Assembly: GCA_030167865.1 (NCBI GenBank)
Contig: JALAGF010005986.1
Span: forward strand, 1-61,059
Direction: 5' to 3'
Source of the DNA: Craspedostauros australis
Lineage: Eukaryota
Length of the DNA stretch: 61,059 bases
Shown: one piece after another, positions 23,725 through 34,953 of the stretch
Layout: each line of letters starts with the position of its first letter
Position numbering within the stretch: the first letter of the stretch is position 1
The notes under the pieces: model-generated
Told to the model about the DNA's origin: nothing
The model's database searches: none
Seen by the model: the letters and a program-made list of their open reading frames with translations, nothing else
Position numbers and translations under genes: made by a program

Positions 23725-25038
23725 ATGATCTCTTCGTCGCAACCATCATCGACGTCGATGGTGTCGCCACAACCGTCGTTTGCCAACGTTGCCAAGCAAA
23801 GGAGAAGAACAACAGGCCAGCATCCGCACAAGCAAAGATCCTTCTGGCGAATACAGCACGTGCTGCTGCTTCTGATTGCATTCAGCGCTCTCACGTCTCT
23901 CCGATTGCTGCCGCAGCACATCGACGATGGCAGCGATGGGCGCATGGATACTGCGAGTGACAGTGGCATCCTGGCATCGATGCAGAGGTATGCCGCTTCC
24001 ATGAAACGTCAGCAGCAACAGGACGAGCAACCACAGAGACAGACATCATCGCTGCTCCAGTCGTCGCCGCTGAATCCCTTCGTTCAGCCGGTCCGCAAGT
24101 TCAACAGCACGCTGCACTTCGTGGTCTTCGTCGGCCTGGAGGGATCCGGCCATCACCTGATGCAGCTGCTGGTCAATGGTTCTCACGCCTACGAAGACCT
24201 GGTGGCCCTCAACATCCATCCCACCCTGACCGAACGCATGTACAAGCTGCTGTTCCGCTCCGTCAAGACGGGCGATCCCCAGATGGCTTTGTGGAGCGCG
24301 CCATGCCGCAGATCGCTGTCGAATCACTGGATGTCCAACATCAAGGAACCCAATATCACGCGCATCGAGGAACGGCTTGTTCATGCCATGCAGAACATGG
24401 AGAGCAAGGCGCAGAGCGGGTGGCAGGACGTGCGGCATGGTGGGACGAGCAAGCAGTTGGCATTGCCAGTCAACACGCTGTTCAACACCCCGAGTTCGGG
24501 GTTGCTGTCGTACCCCAGCTTCCTGGGACCATGCCGTCCCCTCACTTATCCCAATCTGGATGTCTGGTACAACACGATCTGTGAACGCGCACAGGTGGAC
24601 TGCTCGCACGTGTACCTGTACCGCAATCCGTACGAGATCATCAAATCCACGAGCGTGAAGCGGCATCTCAATGAGGACGCTCTGATGGGCATCCACGTCT
24701 ACACGACCCTGCTGCATGTGCTGTTCTCGCAGCTGCTGCAGCATGGGGATCGCACGTTGGGATGCATCAACTTCTTTGACTCGGATGCGTCGGGCGTGTT
24801 GCAAGGAGGTCGAGATAGGAGCGTCATCGGGAAGCTGCTGGACTATGACGGCGACGATGAATTCCAGAAGTACTACGACTCCATCTTCCATCCTCCGGCG
24901 CCGTTTGATTGGAGCACCACGGATGAAGTCGTGCCTCCTCACCAGCGGCAGTACATGGAGTCGATGGTCCGCATCCATGATCAGGTGGTGAAGCTGTGTC
25001 GTCAGCAGCAACGCGATCGTCACAACTCAATATCTTGA
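23725..25038 (+). CDS. sulfotransferase-like (P-loop, PAPS-binding) type II membrane protein
   Basis: N-terminal anchor IQHVLLLLIAFSALTSL; 5'-PSB-like FVGLEGSGHH; 3'-PB-like YLYRNPYEIIKS. Confidence 0.65.
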   Translation: MISSSQPSSTSMVSPQPSFANVAKQRRRTTGQHPHKQRSFWRIQHVLLLLIAFSALTSLRLLPQHIDDGSDGRMDTASDSGILASMQRYAASMKRQQQQDEQPQRQTSSLLQSSPLNPFVQPVRKFNSTLHFVVFVGLEGSGHHLMQLLVNGSHAYEDLVALNIHPTLTERMYKLLFRSVKTGDPQMALWSAPCRRSLSNHWMSNIKEPNITRIEERLVHAMQNMESKAQSGWQDVRHGGTSKQLALPVNTLFNTPSSGLLSYPSFLGPCRPLTYPNLDVWYNTICERAQVDCSHVYLYRNPYEIIKSTSVKRHLNEDALMGIHVYTTLLHVLFSQLLQHGDRTLGCINFFDSDASGVLQGGRDRSVIGKLLDYDGDDEFQKYYDSIFHPPAPFDWSTTDEVVPPHQRQYMESMVRIHDQVVKLCRQQQRDRHNSIS

Positions 25039-26463
25039 ACAGAATAGATGCAGTCAGGGACACACAGGTATTGAGATAGAGATAGAGATAGATGCATGGA
25101 TGGTATATGCATGGATGGTGTAGGTATGGCGGAGATCCATGCTATTGTAGATTCGAGGGGAGTATAATATAATAGGTGACAGAGGCCAGGTTTGTGGAGA
25201 TGGAGGTGCTTGCCTCATTTGGCTTCGCCTTGCGCCTTCACTCTCTAGACTCGTTTCTTAGATTGTTGTGTTGAGTTCGTGGAGTTCGATTTGTCGACTG
25301 GACACGGTCATGGCACTGTGTGAATGACCTTGAGAAGTTGTCTGAGTGACCTTTGACATTATTGAGTCATACGGGAATGAGAGAGGAACAACCTTCGTCG
25401 CTTCGGTGTGGCCATTCCTGGGTGATGCGATGACTCTTGGCGTTCGGCGGCGATCTGTTTCGGCGACAAAAGTCAGCCAAGGGTGCAGAACATCGTCACA
25501 TCATCACCACCAACAGCTGTGCCCGCCGCCTCTTCCGTTGATAGCTCGAACAACACGCGTATCACTATCACTCTGCATCCACACCAACGACAGCTACTTT
25601 AGGCCAAACCACAATTACCATACATCCAGACTGGTCTGGATCTGCTTCATTCGAACACGACGACAACACCGACCGAAGAGACAGTCAACAAGAGCACCAC
25701 CGTTGTCTCCTTGTCTTTGCCTTCCTTGTTGCGGTGTCTGTTTGTTTGCTCACTCTTTGTTTCAGATTGTTCATTTGTGTGTGTGTCGCGGAAGCCGTTC
25801 GGGCAACTTCGCAGACCTCTTACGAACACGCGAGTACAATTTGTGCGCAATACGAGCTCCGCCAGAAAAGACGAAGAGAAGACACCGCCAAATTTGTCAG
25901 ACAGCACAACGCGGAAGACCGCACAGGCACGGAGGAGTGCAAAGCGTGCGACAAGAAGACGAAGAGGCAAAGCCAAACCAAAAGTCGCACCATCAACAAG
26001 CGAGAGACAGGGATCTGAACATTTTCATTGCAGCAGTTCATCACAATAACGCAGAGGAGAGTGAAGCAAAGCAAAGCAAAGCAAGGGCAGAGCGACAGCA
26101 ACCACATTGGACAGTTGGTAGTCTGCATACCTGCGCGTACATCCATCCAACGATACATCTTGCAAGAGGACACAAACGAAGGCCATCGCTACTCGCACAG
26201 CACCGCTTTGTGCGCACTCAGCTCGTATTCTTGCTCTTGCATTGTGGACGTTATTCGTGCTTGATCGTGCGATCCCGAGAGAGCGCAGGTCTCATACCAC
26301 CACCAACGCAGGAGCAACCGCGGCAAGGTCATTGACTTGATTCGCGAAGGACTGGAGGCGCGTTGTCGTTGTGCGGCTTGGAGTGAATTGTGCATCATCA
26401 CAGTACCGTATAGTACAAACACGAGTATTGGGCGAAGGCCGTCACTACTCAGCATCACTAGTC

Positions 26464-26504
26464 TCAGCCCTTGTATCGGCCCTTGTATCAGCCCTTGTAT
26501 CAGC
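26464..26504. repeat. 12-bp tandem repeat (TCAGCCCTTGTA x3.4) upstream of the HECT gene start
   Basis: tcagcccttgta-tcggcccttgta-tcagcccttgta-tcagc. Confidence 0.8.
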
Positions 26505-26572
26505 ACTAGCAATAGCACTAGCAGAGACAACAGCAGAAGCAGCAGACACAACAGCAACAAACGACGGCAACC

Positions 26573-29291
26573 ATGTTGAAGAAATTCTTCAAGAGCAAGA
26601 AGAGCAGCAATGGCGGAAGCGACGAAAAGCCAAAGAAGACCAAGAGCACCGGCGGCCCAGGCGCGACTTCCGTGCCAGGCGGCTCCACCGTCTTCCGTGT
26701 GACGGTGCCAGAGAGCGTCAAGCCAGGAGAGGAGTTCCAGGTCTACGCCGGCAACCGAATTGTCAGGGTCCGATGTCCCATGGACTCCAGGCCCGGCCAG
26801 TCCCTGCAGATCACCGTGCCCAATGATCCCGGTCCTCCTGCGGGCGGCGCCCCTGCCGGCCAGAACATGCCCCCTGACTCTGACAACGTCAGGAAGCTAG
26901 ACGACAACTCCGGCGCCTACATGGTCACCATCCCGGAAGGCGTCGGCGACAACGAGCAGTTCCCCGTCACCATCCGCGGCCAGCAGCTCATGGTCACCTG
27001 TCCTCCCGGTGCGCGGCCCGGTCTCAGCGTCCGCATCGTGCCTCCGCCGGCGCCCACCAACATCACGCGCCCACCGGAGCCCCCCTCCTCTCTGCGCACC
27101 GACTCCATGCGATCGGAGCAATCCAACGGCTCGGCCACCAATGGCACTGCCGCACCGCCCAAACCCGCCCCAAAGAAGAAGGACGACGACACGCAGCTCT
27201 TCGAGGTGCAGGTGCCCGGCGGCGTCAAGCCCGGCGCCCCCTTCGCTCTGCTGGCCGGTGGCGTGCGCGTCCTCGTCACGTGTCCTGCCAACGCCGGACC
27301 TGGCCAGCGCATCCGTTTCAAGCTGCCAAAGGCGCTCACGGAGCAGAAGCAGCAGCCGAAGAACGAGGCGGCGCAGATCAAGCTCAAGTACGACAAGGAC
27401 GGATGGACCAGAACCGTCCGCGTCACCGACATGAAATTCCAATGGATCCGCATGGACGACAAGGGAGACGTGGACATGAACAAAAGATTTGACACGGATA
27501 AGTCCGCCTACGTCAGAAGGCTGGAGTTCCGCCCTGGCGACGATCCCAGAATCCGCACCGGCGTCCTCTCGCTCGTGCCTGCCACGGAGGCCGTCGTGGA
27601 TTCGAAGATCAAGAGCACCGACAACACGGACCTCGTCACCTACCGTCAGATCGCGGAGGCGCAGGACAAGGACTTCTCAGAGAAGGCGCAATGGTTCCAG
27701 GATACCTGCGCCAGACTCTGCGTGGAATGGAACGAAGGCCACATGCGAATGAACGTGCGTCGCCAGTACCTCCTAGGAGACAGCGTCGACGCCGTCATGT
27801 CGCTGTCGCGAAAGGATCTGCGCAAGCTATGGCGATTTGAATTCATCGGCGAGATGGGGATCGATGCCGGTGGCCTGGCGCGTGAATGGTTCCAGCTCGT
27901 CACGCATGAGATATTCGATCCCGATATGGGACTGTGGCAGTCGTCCGCCGTCAATCAAATGTGCATGCAGATCAATCCAGCATCCGGTACGTCGTTCGTT
28001 TCTCAATTGCATTTGTGCTTGTGCAGTGGAGAAGGCATTCTTCGTGTGGTTGGCAGTAGTGGTATCGTTGTCATGGTATTGTCATTGACATCGTCAACGT
28101 CAATGTTGTTAATATTCATCACTCACACACATACACACATACACACATACACACATATATACACACGCACCTTCATGATGCCTACATGTTCCATCACACC
28201 ACATTCCATTCTGCGTCCACGCTCCCGTGCCATTCTCCCTCCTCTCGCAATCAACAGAGTACTGCTGCGAGGACCACTTGGTGTACTACCGATTCCTTGG
28301 CCGTGTCATGGGCAAGGCGCTCTTCGACAGACAGCTCGTCGCAGGTCACATGGTGCAGCACTTGTACAAGCACATCCTCGGATGGCCAATCCAGTTCAGG
28401 GATCTGGAAACGATTGATGAGGAATACTACAACAGTCTCAAGCAGCTCAAGCAGATGGCGGACAACGGCGATGACCTATCCATGCTCTGTCTAGACTTCA
28501 CCGTCTCGCAGGAGATACTGGGACAGAAGGAGGAGGTCCAGCTCGTCGAGGGCGGAGCGGACATCGAGGTCGACAACACAAACTTCCCGGAATACCTCGA
28601 GGCATGTCTCAAGTACAAGCTCCTGGACCGCGTCAAATTCCAACTCAACGAACTGCTGCTCGGATTCTTTGACGTCATCCCAGAGCCGCTCCTCACAGTC
28701 TTTGACTTCCAGGAACTAGAATTGCTCATGTGCGGTCTGCCCGAAATTGACATGGATGATTGGCAGGAGCACACCGAGTACTCCGGCGAGTACGATGATA
28801 TCGGTGGCGACCACCCATCCTGCCGATGGTTCTGGGAAGTTGTGTCCGATTTTGATCAGGAGATGAAGGCGCGATTACTGCAGTTCGTCACGGGAACATC
28901 CGGCGTTCCGTCACGTGGCTTCGGTGTCCTCCAAGGAAATGATGGAAACATCCGTAAATTCACCATTCACGGTGTCGGGCTCGGAGTCTGTCTGTATCCG
29001 CGAGCACAGTAAGTATTGCACTCTCGCTGTGATGCGAAAACAGGGCAGATACAAAGACATGCACATACATCTGCATTTGCTTTCACGTTCCCTCTCTCAC
29101 ACAAAATCAATTCTTGCCATCTGCTTCCGCGAATCCATTTTTTATTTGGTTGCTACCACTTCCACGCTCCTCGTATCCACAGCACTTGCTTCAACCGAAT
29201 TGACTTGCCGCTGTACGAGTCCAAAGAAGCGCTGAAGGAGAAGCTGAACATTGCTGTGACGATGGTTGCCACCGGATTCGATATCGAGTAA
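26573..29291 (+). CDS. HECT-type E3 ubiquitin ligase, 3 exons
   Basis: Exons 26573-27986, 28258-29008 and 29183-29291. GTACGT..CAG and GTAAGT..CAG introns rebuild INPAS-E-YCCEDH and the catalytic PRA-H-TCFNRIDLP. Also FIGEMGIDAGGLAREWF, LLQFVTGTS and terminal GFDIE. Confidence 0.95.
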
Positions 29292-29797
29292 ATGCGAGGC
29301 GAGTTGATCGATCGATTGATTGGTGGCTTGTGCTCCCCCGTTTCCTTAGTCTAGTTTTTTGCGAGAAAAACAAGCACAGTGACCCGGATCGAGCTTTTTT
29401 GATAGCATACGTAGTGCCGTGCCATACACATTCATGTCCCCAAGTAGAATATCATACCAGTTGTTTTTACAGCAGTACGCACTCTACACTCCATCTCCTT
29501 GACTCGTATGCATGATGTCAATCAGTGAATGAATGGTGGGTTGTGTCACCCAGCGATGCCATTGCAGCCATCTCGAAAAGTTCTACTCTATGAGGCTTGA
29601 AGAGCATAGTATGGAACTACGATTCCTGTTCGCAGATTGCATCTTTGGTTTACATCCACGTTTGTACCAGACATTTGATTAAGTGTTGAGCCATTGCCTC
29701 CGATGCATTGCCAGTGTGCGATTGCACGAGGAAGTATGGTTCGTTGCGATACCTACTGAGTTTCCCAACAACAACGTTTCCACATGGGCAATAGGTA

Positions 29798-31042
29798 TCA
29801 CCGCAGCAACCGATACAGCTCTTCCACCACATCCCACACCGCCAGATCCGCATGACTCCCCAACGTCCCTGTGCAGGTGTGTCCCTTCGGTGCCGTGCCG
29901 CACGTGCTTGGCAGTTGCCGTTCCCCCAAACGGTCGATGGAACTGCACTCGCCCAGCTCCTCCATGTACCGTCTGGCATTGAGGAAAGCGATGTTCGACC
30001 GTCGCTGATCCGCAGGAGACTGCTGCAGCTGGGTCTGCATGCCCTTCATCTGCCGCAGAAATCCACGCTGGTTATATCGCGAGAACATGGACAGGAAGAG
30101 AATGGGTCCATCGTACAGCCTGACGAAATGCTCCAACCGCGGCGGAGGTATCCTCGTAAAATCGACGCCGTCCATGTGCTGCGATAACTCCAGCATGGCG
30201 CGTTCAAAGCTGGTGCCCTTGCTCTCGCCCACCGTGTTGAAGCGCCCCAACACGATGGCATCCACATCCTGCCAACTCGGCACCCACTGCCGCAACCGCG
30301 CTTGCCAATCGCTGGCATAGACGATGGGCGAATTGATGATGGCCACGATGCGGCTGCCGTTGTCCCGAAATGTGATCTCCGCATACTGTCCACACGGCAT
30401 CGGTTTGCTGGACTTGCAGTCCGGTGGCGGCGGCAAGGTCTTGGCGGAGATACGGCTCTGCGCATACTGCCCCACGAGCTGCACGAGGACCTGCCGCATA
30501 TGCGAATTGCCCAGCACGACGACCGTCGCGTTGGGTTTGCCGATGGGCAACTTGCGCCGGCCCCAATCGCTATCGCGTTGCCCGCGGGCACGAATCAGCG
30601 CCTGAAACTTCTCGCCGAAGCGCTCGTACTTGGATCCGGTGCATTGGTAGAGCCGCGCGAAGCTGACCTTGTCAATGACGTCGATCTTTGTGGTGCAGAT
30701 GTTCCAGTGATCGTCCTTGGCCGGTACGATGACACGCAGTTCTTCGGAAATTGCATCGACGCGCGGCTGTTGTTGTTGTGTCGGCGTCTCCGTGGCAGTA
30801 TCGTCTTGCATGACTTGTGATGCGAAGGCAGCGATCCTTACTTGGCCGGCCATGGTGACAAGAGGCACGACGATGAGCAAGGCGCATTGCAGGATGCTGA
30901 TCCTTCGTTTCTGTGGTGGTGGTGGCGGCATTGGCGATGCCGTTGACGTCGATGCTGATTGCGGCTGGGGCAACACCACGGTCTGCATCCACATCGACCT
31001 TGTCAGGGGCATCATCATTCGAGTACAGCACCACAGATGCAT
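29798..31042 (-). CDS. SGNH/PC-esterase-like (possible polysaccharide O-acyltransferase/esterase) type II membrane protein
   Basis: TM ISILQCALLIVVPLVTMAG; block-I-like VVVLGNSHMRQ; DAIVLG; C-terminal KGHTC..ADLAVW. Start uncertain (ATGs at 31042, 31018 or later). Confidence 0.6.
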   Translation of the reverse strand: MHLWCCTRMMMPLTRSMWMQTVVLPQPQSASTSTASPMPPPPPQKRRISILQCALLIVVPLVTMAGQVRIAAFASQVMQDDTATETPTQQQQPRVDAISEELRVIVPAKDDHWNICTTKIDVIDKVSFARLYQCTGSKYERFGEKFQALIRARGQRDSDWGRRKLPIGKPNATVVVLGNSHMRQVLVQLVGQYAQSRISAKTLPPPPDCKSSKPMPCGQYAEITFRDNGSRIVAIINSPIVYASDWQARLRQWVPSWQDVDAIVLGRFNTVGESKGTSFERAMLELSQHMDGVDFTRIPPPRLEHFVRLYDGPILFLSMFSRYNQRGFLRQMKGMQTQLQQSPADQRRSNIAFLNARRYMEELGECSSIDRLGERQLPSTCGTAPKGHTCTGTLGSHADLAVWDVVEELYRLLR

Positions 31043-31907
31043 TGCTGCGACGATGCGTCTGCGACGAGAGTACACGTATGATCCGAGTCCGAGAATGGTG
31101 TGCTATCTTGGTCTTTCCACGAGCGGTGCCCAAGATGAAGGAAGATGAGATTGTGTCATCGAGTGTAATGCGATCGTTGCTTTCCTTTTGGGATGGCATG
31201 TATAGAACGAGTGGATCGTATAATACGAGTATCATTGAGGCAGCGCCCATTTGGATACGGAGACCATGTTTGTGAGAGAAGCTCTGTTGTTGTTTGTTGA
31301 AGATATTAGGTTTCGTGCAAATTATGAAATTCGAATTAAAATGAGCTTAATTCGGCTAACAGTTGACTTCAAGCGCTGTTTCTTAGTCTGGCTAGATGCC
31401 ATTCTGGACGACGCGACAGAATCCCGACAGATCTGCAATGACCTGCTGGGCCAAAATAGGAGAGAAAGAACACGGCGCGTTTGCTTGTGCTGATGTCAAT
31501 GGATAGACGTACAGACGACAGAGTCATTCCGTGGTGGTTTTGGTGTGTCTTTTTCTTTCCTTTGTCTTGGTGCGACACCGCGATGATGTGATACTTGAGC
31601 CTCAGAGGCACAACAACACCAACATCGATGCCAACACCGACACCAACATCCACGGTAACATCAACGGCAACGACAGCGACAACGGCAACGACAACAAGAA
31701 GAGGAAAGGAGAGGAGAAACCACAACACGGGAGAAACGATACCTCCTCCTTGGAAACGGTTGCACCGACACTCTCTGCCACCACTCCTCTCGGCTACAAC
31801 CTATCGCTGTGCCACATCGCTACGTGTTGCGTTTCACTTGTGCAAACACAAGCAACAAGTACCGATTAATATAGTCCTTTGCGGTAGCACCACATCACTC
31901 AAAGAGA

Positions 31908-31946
31908 GCATACATTGCATACATTGCATACATTGCCTACATTGCA
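31908..31946. repeat. 9-bp tandem repeat (GCATACATT x~4)
   Basis: gcatacatt-gcatacatt-gcatacatt-gcctacatt-gca. Confidence 0.75.
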
Positions 31947-32676
31947 AATCGCTCTGCAACAACATCAAAGAGCACTCTCAGACATCATCAAGAAGTGGAA
32001 CACAAGACACCAGCGTTGACTCCATCGGAAGCGTTCGTTGAGAGAGCAAGTCACAAACGACCTCTCACTCCAGAGAAAAGAAAGGTGAAAAACAACGTGG
32101 GTCTTTTGGATCGCATCCTCCGCAGCAGCAGCTTCATTGTTCATCATCAATCTGAACCCAGAGAGTCAACGTCAGAAGGAGTGACAATCCACCGATTATC
32201 CCATCCATCAAGCAGCGGCGGCGCAAATCAATCCAATTCAGCTCAACCTCAATACAAAGAAGGCAACGAAGGTCATTGATCACATTACAAGGACCTCGTT
32301 GCAAACTCATTGCCCATCAACCCATTTCCATCGCAGGAGGCAGCAAAGGCATTTCTGGACTGCACAACGTATCGCATCACACCGCATCGCAATCACTCAA
32401 CCGTCTGTTCACCAGAGGCAACAGAAGGCATCCGGCATATCATAGAATACAAAAGTGAGCCGGTTGTGTGTTGTGTGACAGCCAAATCGGTCCATCCACT
32501 GATTCATCCTCCAACTCATCCTCCGATTCATTCATTGATTGATTGATTGATTGATCAGCTTCTATTTCTCCGGCTATCACATCATATCATATCATACCAT
32601 ATCATATCATACCTGCAATCATCAATTGCAATCAGGTACTCCAACGTGCAATTCACTCACCGACTGCCTGGCTGAC

Positions 32677-34953
32677 ATGCCCCGAATGGGTCGTAAGAAC
32701 CTAGGACAGGCCTACCTCGTGAGTTCATCTGGAAGTCTGGAGGGCGACACAAGCATCATCTCAAGCACCGGCACGATCAGCAATACCGATAGTACCGGCA
32801 GCATCGGCAATACCAACAGCACAATCAACACCAACAGCACGCAAACCGACCGCAGGCGAGCCAGTTCTGGCAACAACAGCATTATCACGACCAACACTGC
32901 CACCACAGCATCCACCAGCGCCCATAGTCGCAACGACAATCCGGCCTTGTCGCCAGAACACAGCATCACGTCCACCATCTCCTCCAAAAGGTCCAAGCCT
33001 AAGGTCACCATACCGAGCATCCCGGCTTTTCCGGCACGGAATACTGTCATGATCCGACATTCCTCTTCGCCTGTGCCACCAAGCCAAACCCACTCAACCA
33101 TCGGAACATACGCCCACAATGGAATTGGCACCCATACCTACTCACAATCCCATTCGCAACAGCAGCAACAGTCACACCAACAACATCAACATCAATCACA
33201 GCAGCACCAATCACAGCACCAGGCACATCAACAGCCGATGAATCAGCCGCGGACGCACACGCCTCTCAAGAACAGCCACTCCATGCTTCTCAATCGCAAC
33301 ACATCTGCCGGGGCCTTGTCACCACGCGTGCCAATGCGTCAAACCGCAAGTTCGATGGACTTCGGCGGCATGCGGGCAGCCCAGCCAACGCAGCAGCTGG
33401 TCCTCCCATCATCAACGCCGCTCGTTGGTGTGCCAGATCAGGCACCCAAAAAGCCATCCAGAGTCGTCAAGGCATCAGAGCCGGGCAAGGGCACCCTGCT
33501 GCCGGACTTTTACAGCCGTGGCAGCAGCGACAACATCTCTGGCATGGGCACCAACAGCGGCAACAGCAACGGTGGCAGACGAACCACGAGGAGGAGGGCG
33601 GATGCACGTCGTGAAGCGCCGAGGCCCAGCAAATCATCCTCATCCTTGGCTTCTGGAATCAGCATGGGAGGCATGAATGGCAGCATGTCCACCGGCAACA
33701 TCGGAACGGCCAACAACAACGGCAATGGACCGCATTCGCCCGTGCTGCCAACGCATCACATTCTCAACGATCTCAAAGCGACCAAGCAATCGCAGAATGG
33801 AAACAGCAAAACCGCCATCCTGCGGCGGCGCGCCGGTACGGCCGGCACATCGTCCGATGACGACGAAGATGGCTGGGGCACGTCCGCCAGCGGAAGGAGC
33901 ACGCGCAGTATCGGAGGCAACAGCGGCGGCGGCGGTGGTGGCATCACCAGCCGCATCTCTCCGTACAGACTGTCCAGAGCCAGGGCACGGCGGATATCCG
34001 TCTTTCGACTCTCCAACTGTCGACTTGGCCACGTCCTGCAGCTGTGCATCGTACTTGCCGTCGGTCTGCTGGTCTGGGAGTCGCACCACAAGGCCCTGTT
34101 CGCCGCGCAGCAGTTAGACCAGTTCAAGGAGGAAGAGTCCTTCGTGCTGCTGCATCTGCAGGAAATCGAACGTCAGTCCATCCAGCTGCATGAGAATTTG
34201 TCGCGGTGGGCGCAGGCGGCCAAGGAGCTGCAGGAGGACGGAGAAGGCAATATCGACTTCTTTTCGGACAGGCAACCAATCGACGGCGACAGGGCCGACA
34301 TCGACGTCGATCTCATCGAGAAGCAGAAGAAGCAGCTCTACCGCATGGAGGAGGAGATCAATCACAAGGTGAATGCCCTGGAGAAGCGCATCCAGCAATC
34401 CGCGCGCGCGCACATCATCCAGGAATTCGGCGAAGGCCCCGTGCAGGTCAACCTCGAGCTCGACTTTTCCAAAATCGATCAGCTGCAGGGCGATGACAAG
34501 ACGAAGGGTCAGATCAAGCCGCAGCTGATATCCATCCTCCTGTTCCACGACACGCCGCATGCCGCCTGGACGTGGTTGGAGCAGATAGGACGACACGTCT
34601 GGGACGGCGCCGAAATCGCATGGTCCCAGGCCCACGTCGTCGACGTCGTGCCATCGCACAACGATCCGGCAGGATCGAAGATCGAATTCATCGAGAAGGG
34701 CAAGTCGGAGCATCAGATCTGGACCGTCGGTCTGAGAGGGCAGCAGTCGGGCGGGTTGGCGATGTACATCAACCTGCAGGACAACAAGCACTATCACAAG
34801 CGCGAAACGTGCGTCGGCAAGGTCATCAGCGGTTTCGAGACGTTGCAGCGCGTGCTGGAGATATCGAGGAGCCAGAACTACGACATTTCCGACTCCGGCA
34901 TCCACATCAAGTTGGTGACGGCCACGCACGTGGCCATGCGAGGGGATGTGTAA
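32677..34953 (+). CDS. type II membrane protein with coiled coil and diatom-type cyclophilin-like domain
   Basis: TM VLQLCIVLAVGLLVW; coiled coil; FGEGPVQV..TPHAAWTWLEQI..WDG..HVV..FIE..WTVGL..MYINLQDN..CVGKVISGFETL, which parallels the cyclophilin FFIN..DN..VFGKV.EG. Confidence 0.8.
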   Translation: MPRMGRKNLGQAYLVSSSGSLEGDTSIISSTGTISNTDSTGSIGNTNSTINTNSTQTDRRRASSGNNSIITTNTATTASTSAHSRNDNPALSPEHSITSTISSKRSKPKVTIPSIPAFPARNTVMIRHSSSPVPPSQTHSTIGTYAHNGIGTHTYSQSHSQQQQQSHQQHQHQSQQHQSQHQAHQQPMNQPRTHTPLKNSHSMLLNRNTSAGALSPRVPMRQTASSMDFGGMRAAQPTQQLVLPSSTPLVGVPDQAPKKPSRVVKASEPGKGTLLPDFYSRGSSDNISGMGTNSGNSNGGRRTTRRRADARREAPRPSKSSSSLASGISMGGMNGSMSTGNIGTANNNGNGPHSPVLPTHHILNDLKATKQSQNGNSKTAILRRRAGTAGTSSDDDEDGWGTSASGRSTRSIGGNSGGGGGGITSRISPYRLSRARARRISVFRLSNCRLGHVLQLCIVLAVGLLVWESHHKALFAAQQLDQFKEEESFVLLHLQEIERQSIQLHENLSRWAQAAKELQEDGEGNIDFFSDRQPIDGDRADIDVDLIEKQKKQLYRMEEEINHKVNALEKRIQQSARAHIIQEFGEGPVQVNLELDFSKIDQLQGDDKTKGQIKPQLISILLFHDTPHAAWTWLEQIGRHVWDGAEIAWSQAHVVDVVPSHNDPAGSKIEFIEKGKSEHQIWTVGLRGQQSGGLAMYINLQDNKHYHKRETCVGKVISGFETLQRVLEISRSQNYDISDSGIHIKLVTATHVAMRGDV

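Noticed and set aside
27987..28417. Hydrophobic, TH-repeat C-terminus of the 614-aa ORF
   Set aside because: Read-through of HECT intron 1 (contains a CA-rich microsatellite); the spliced frame restores the HECT domain.
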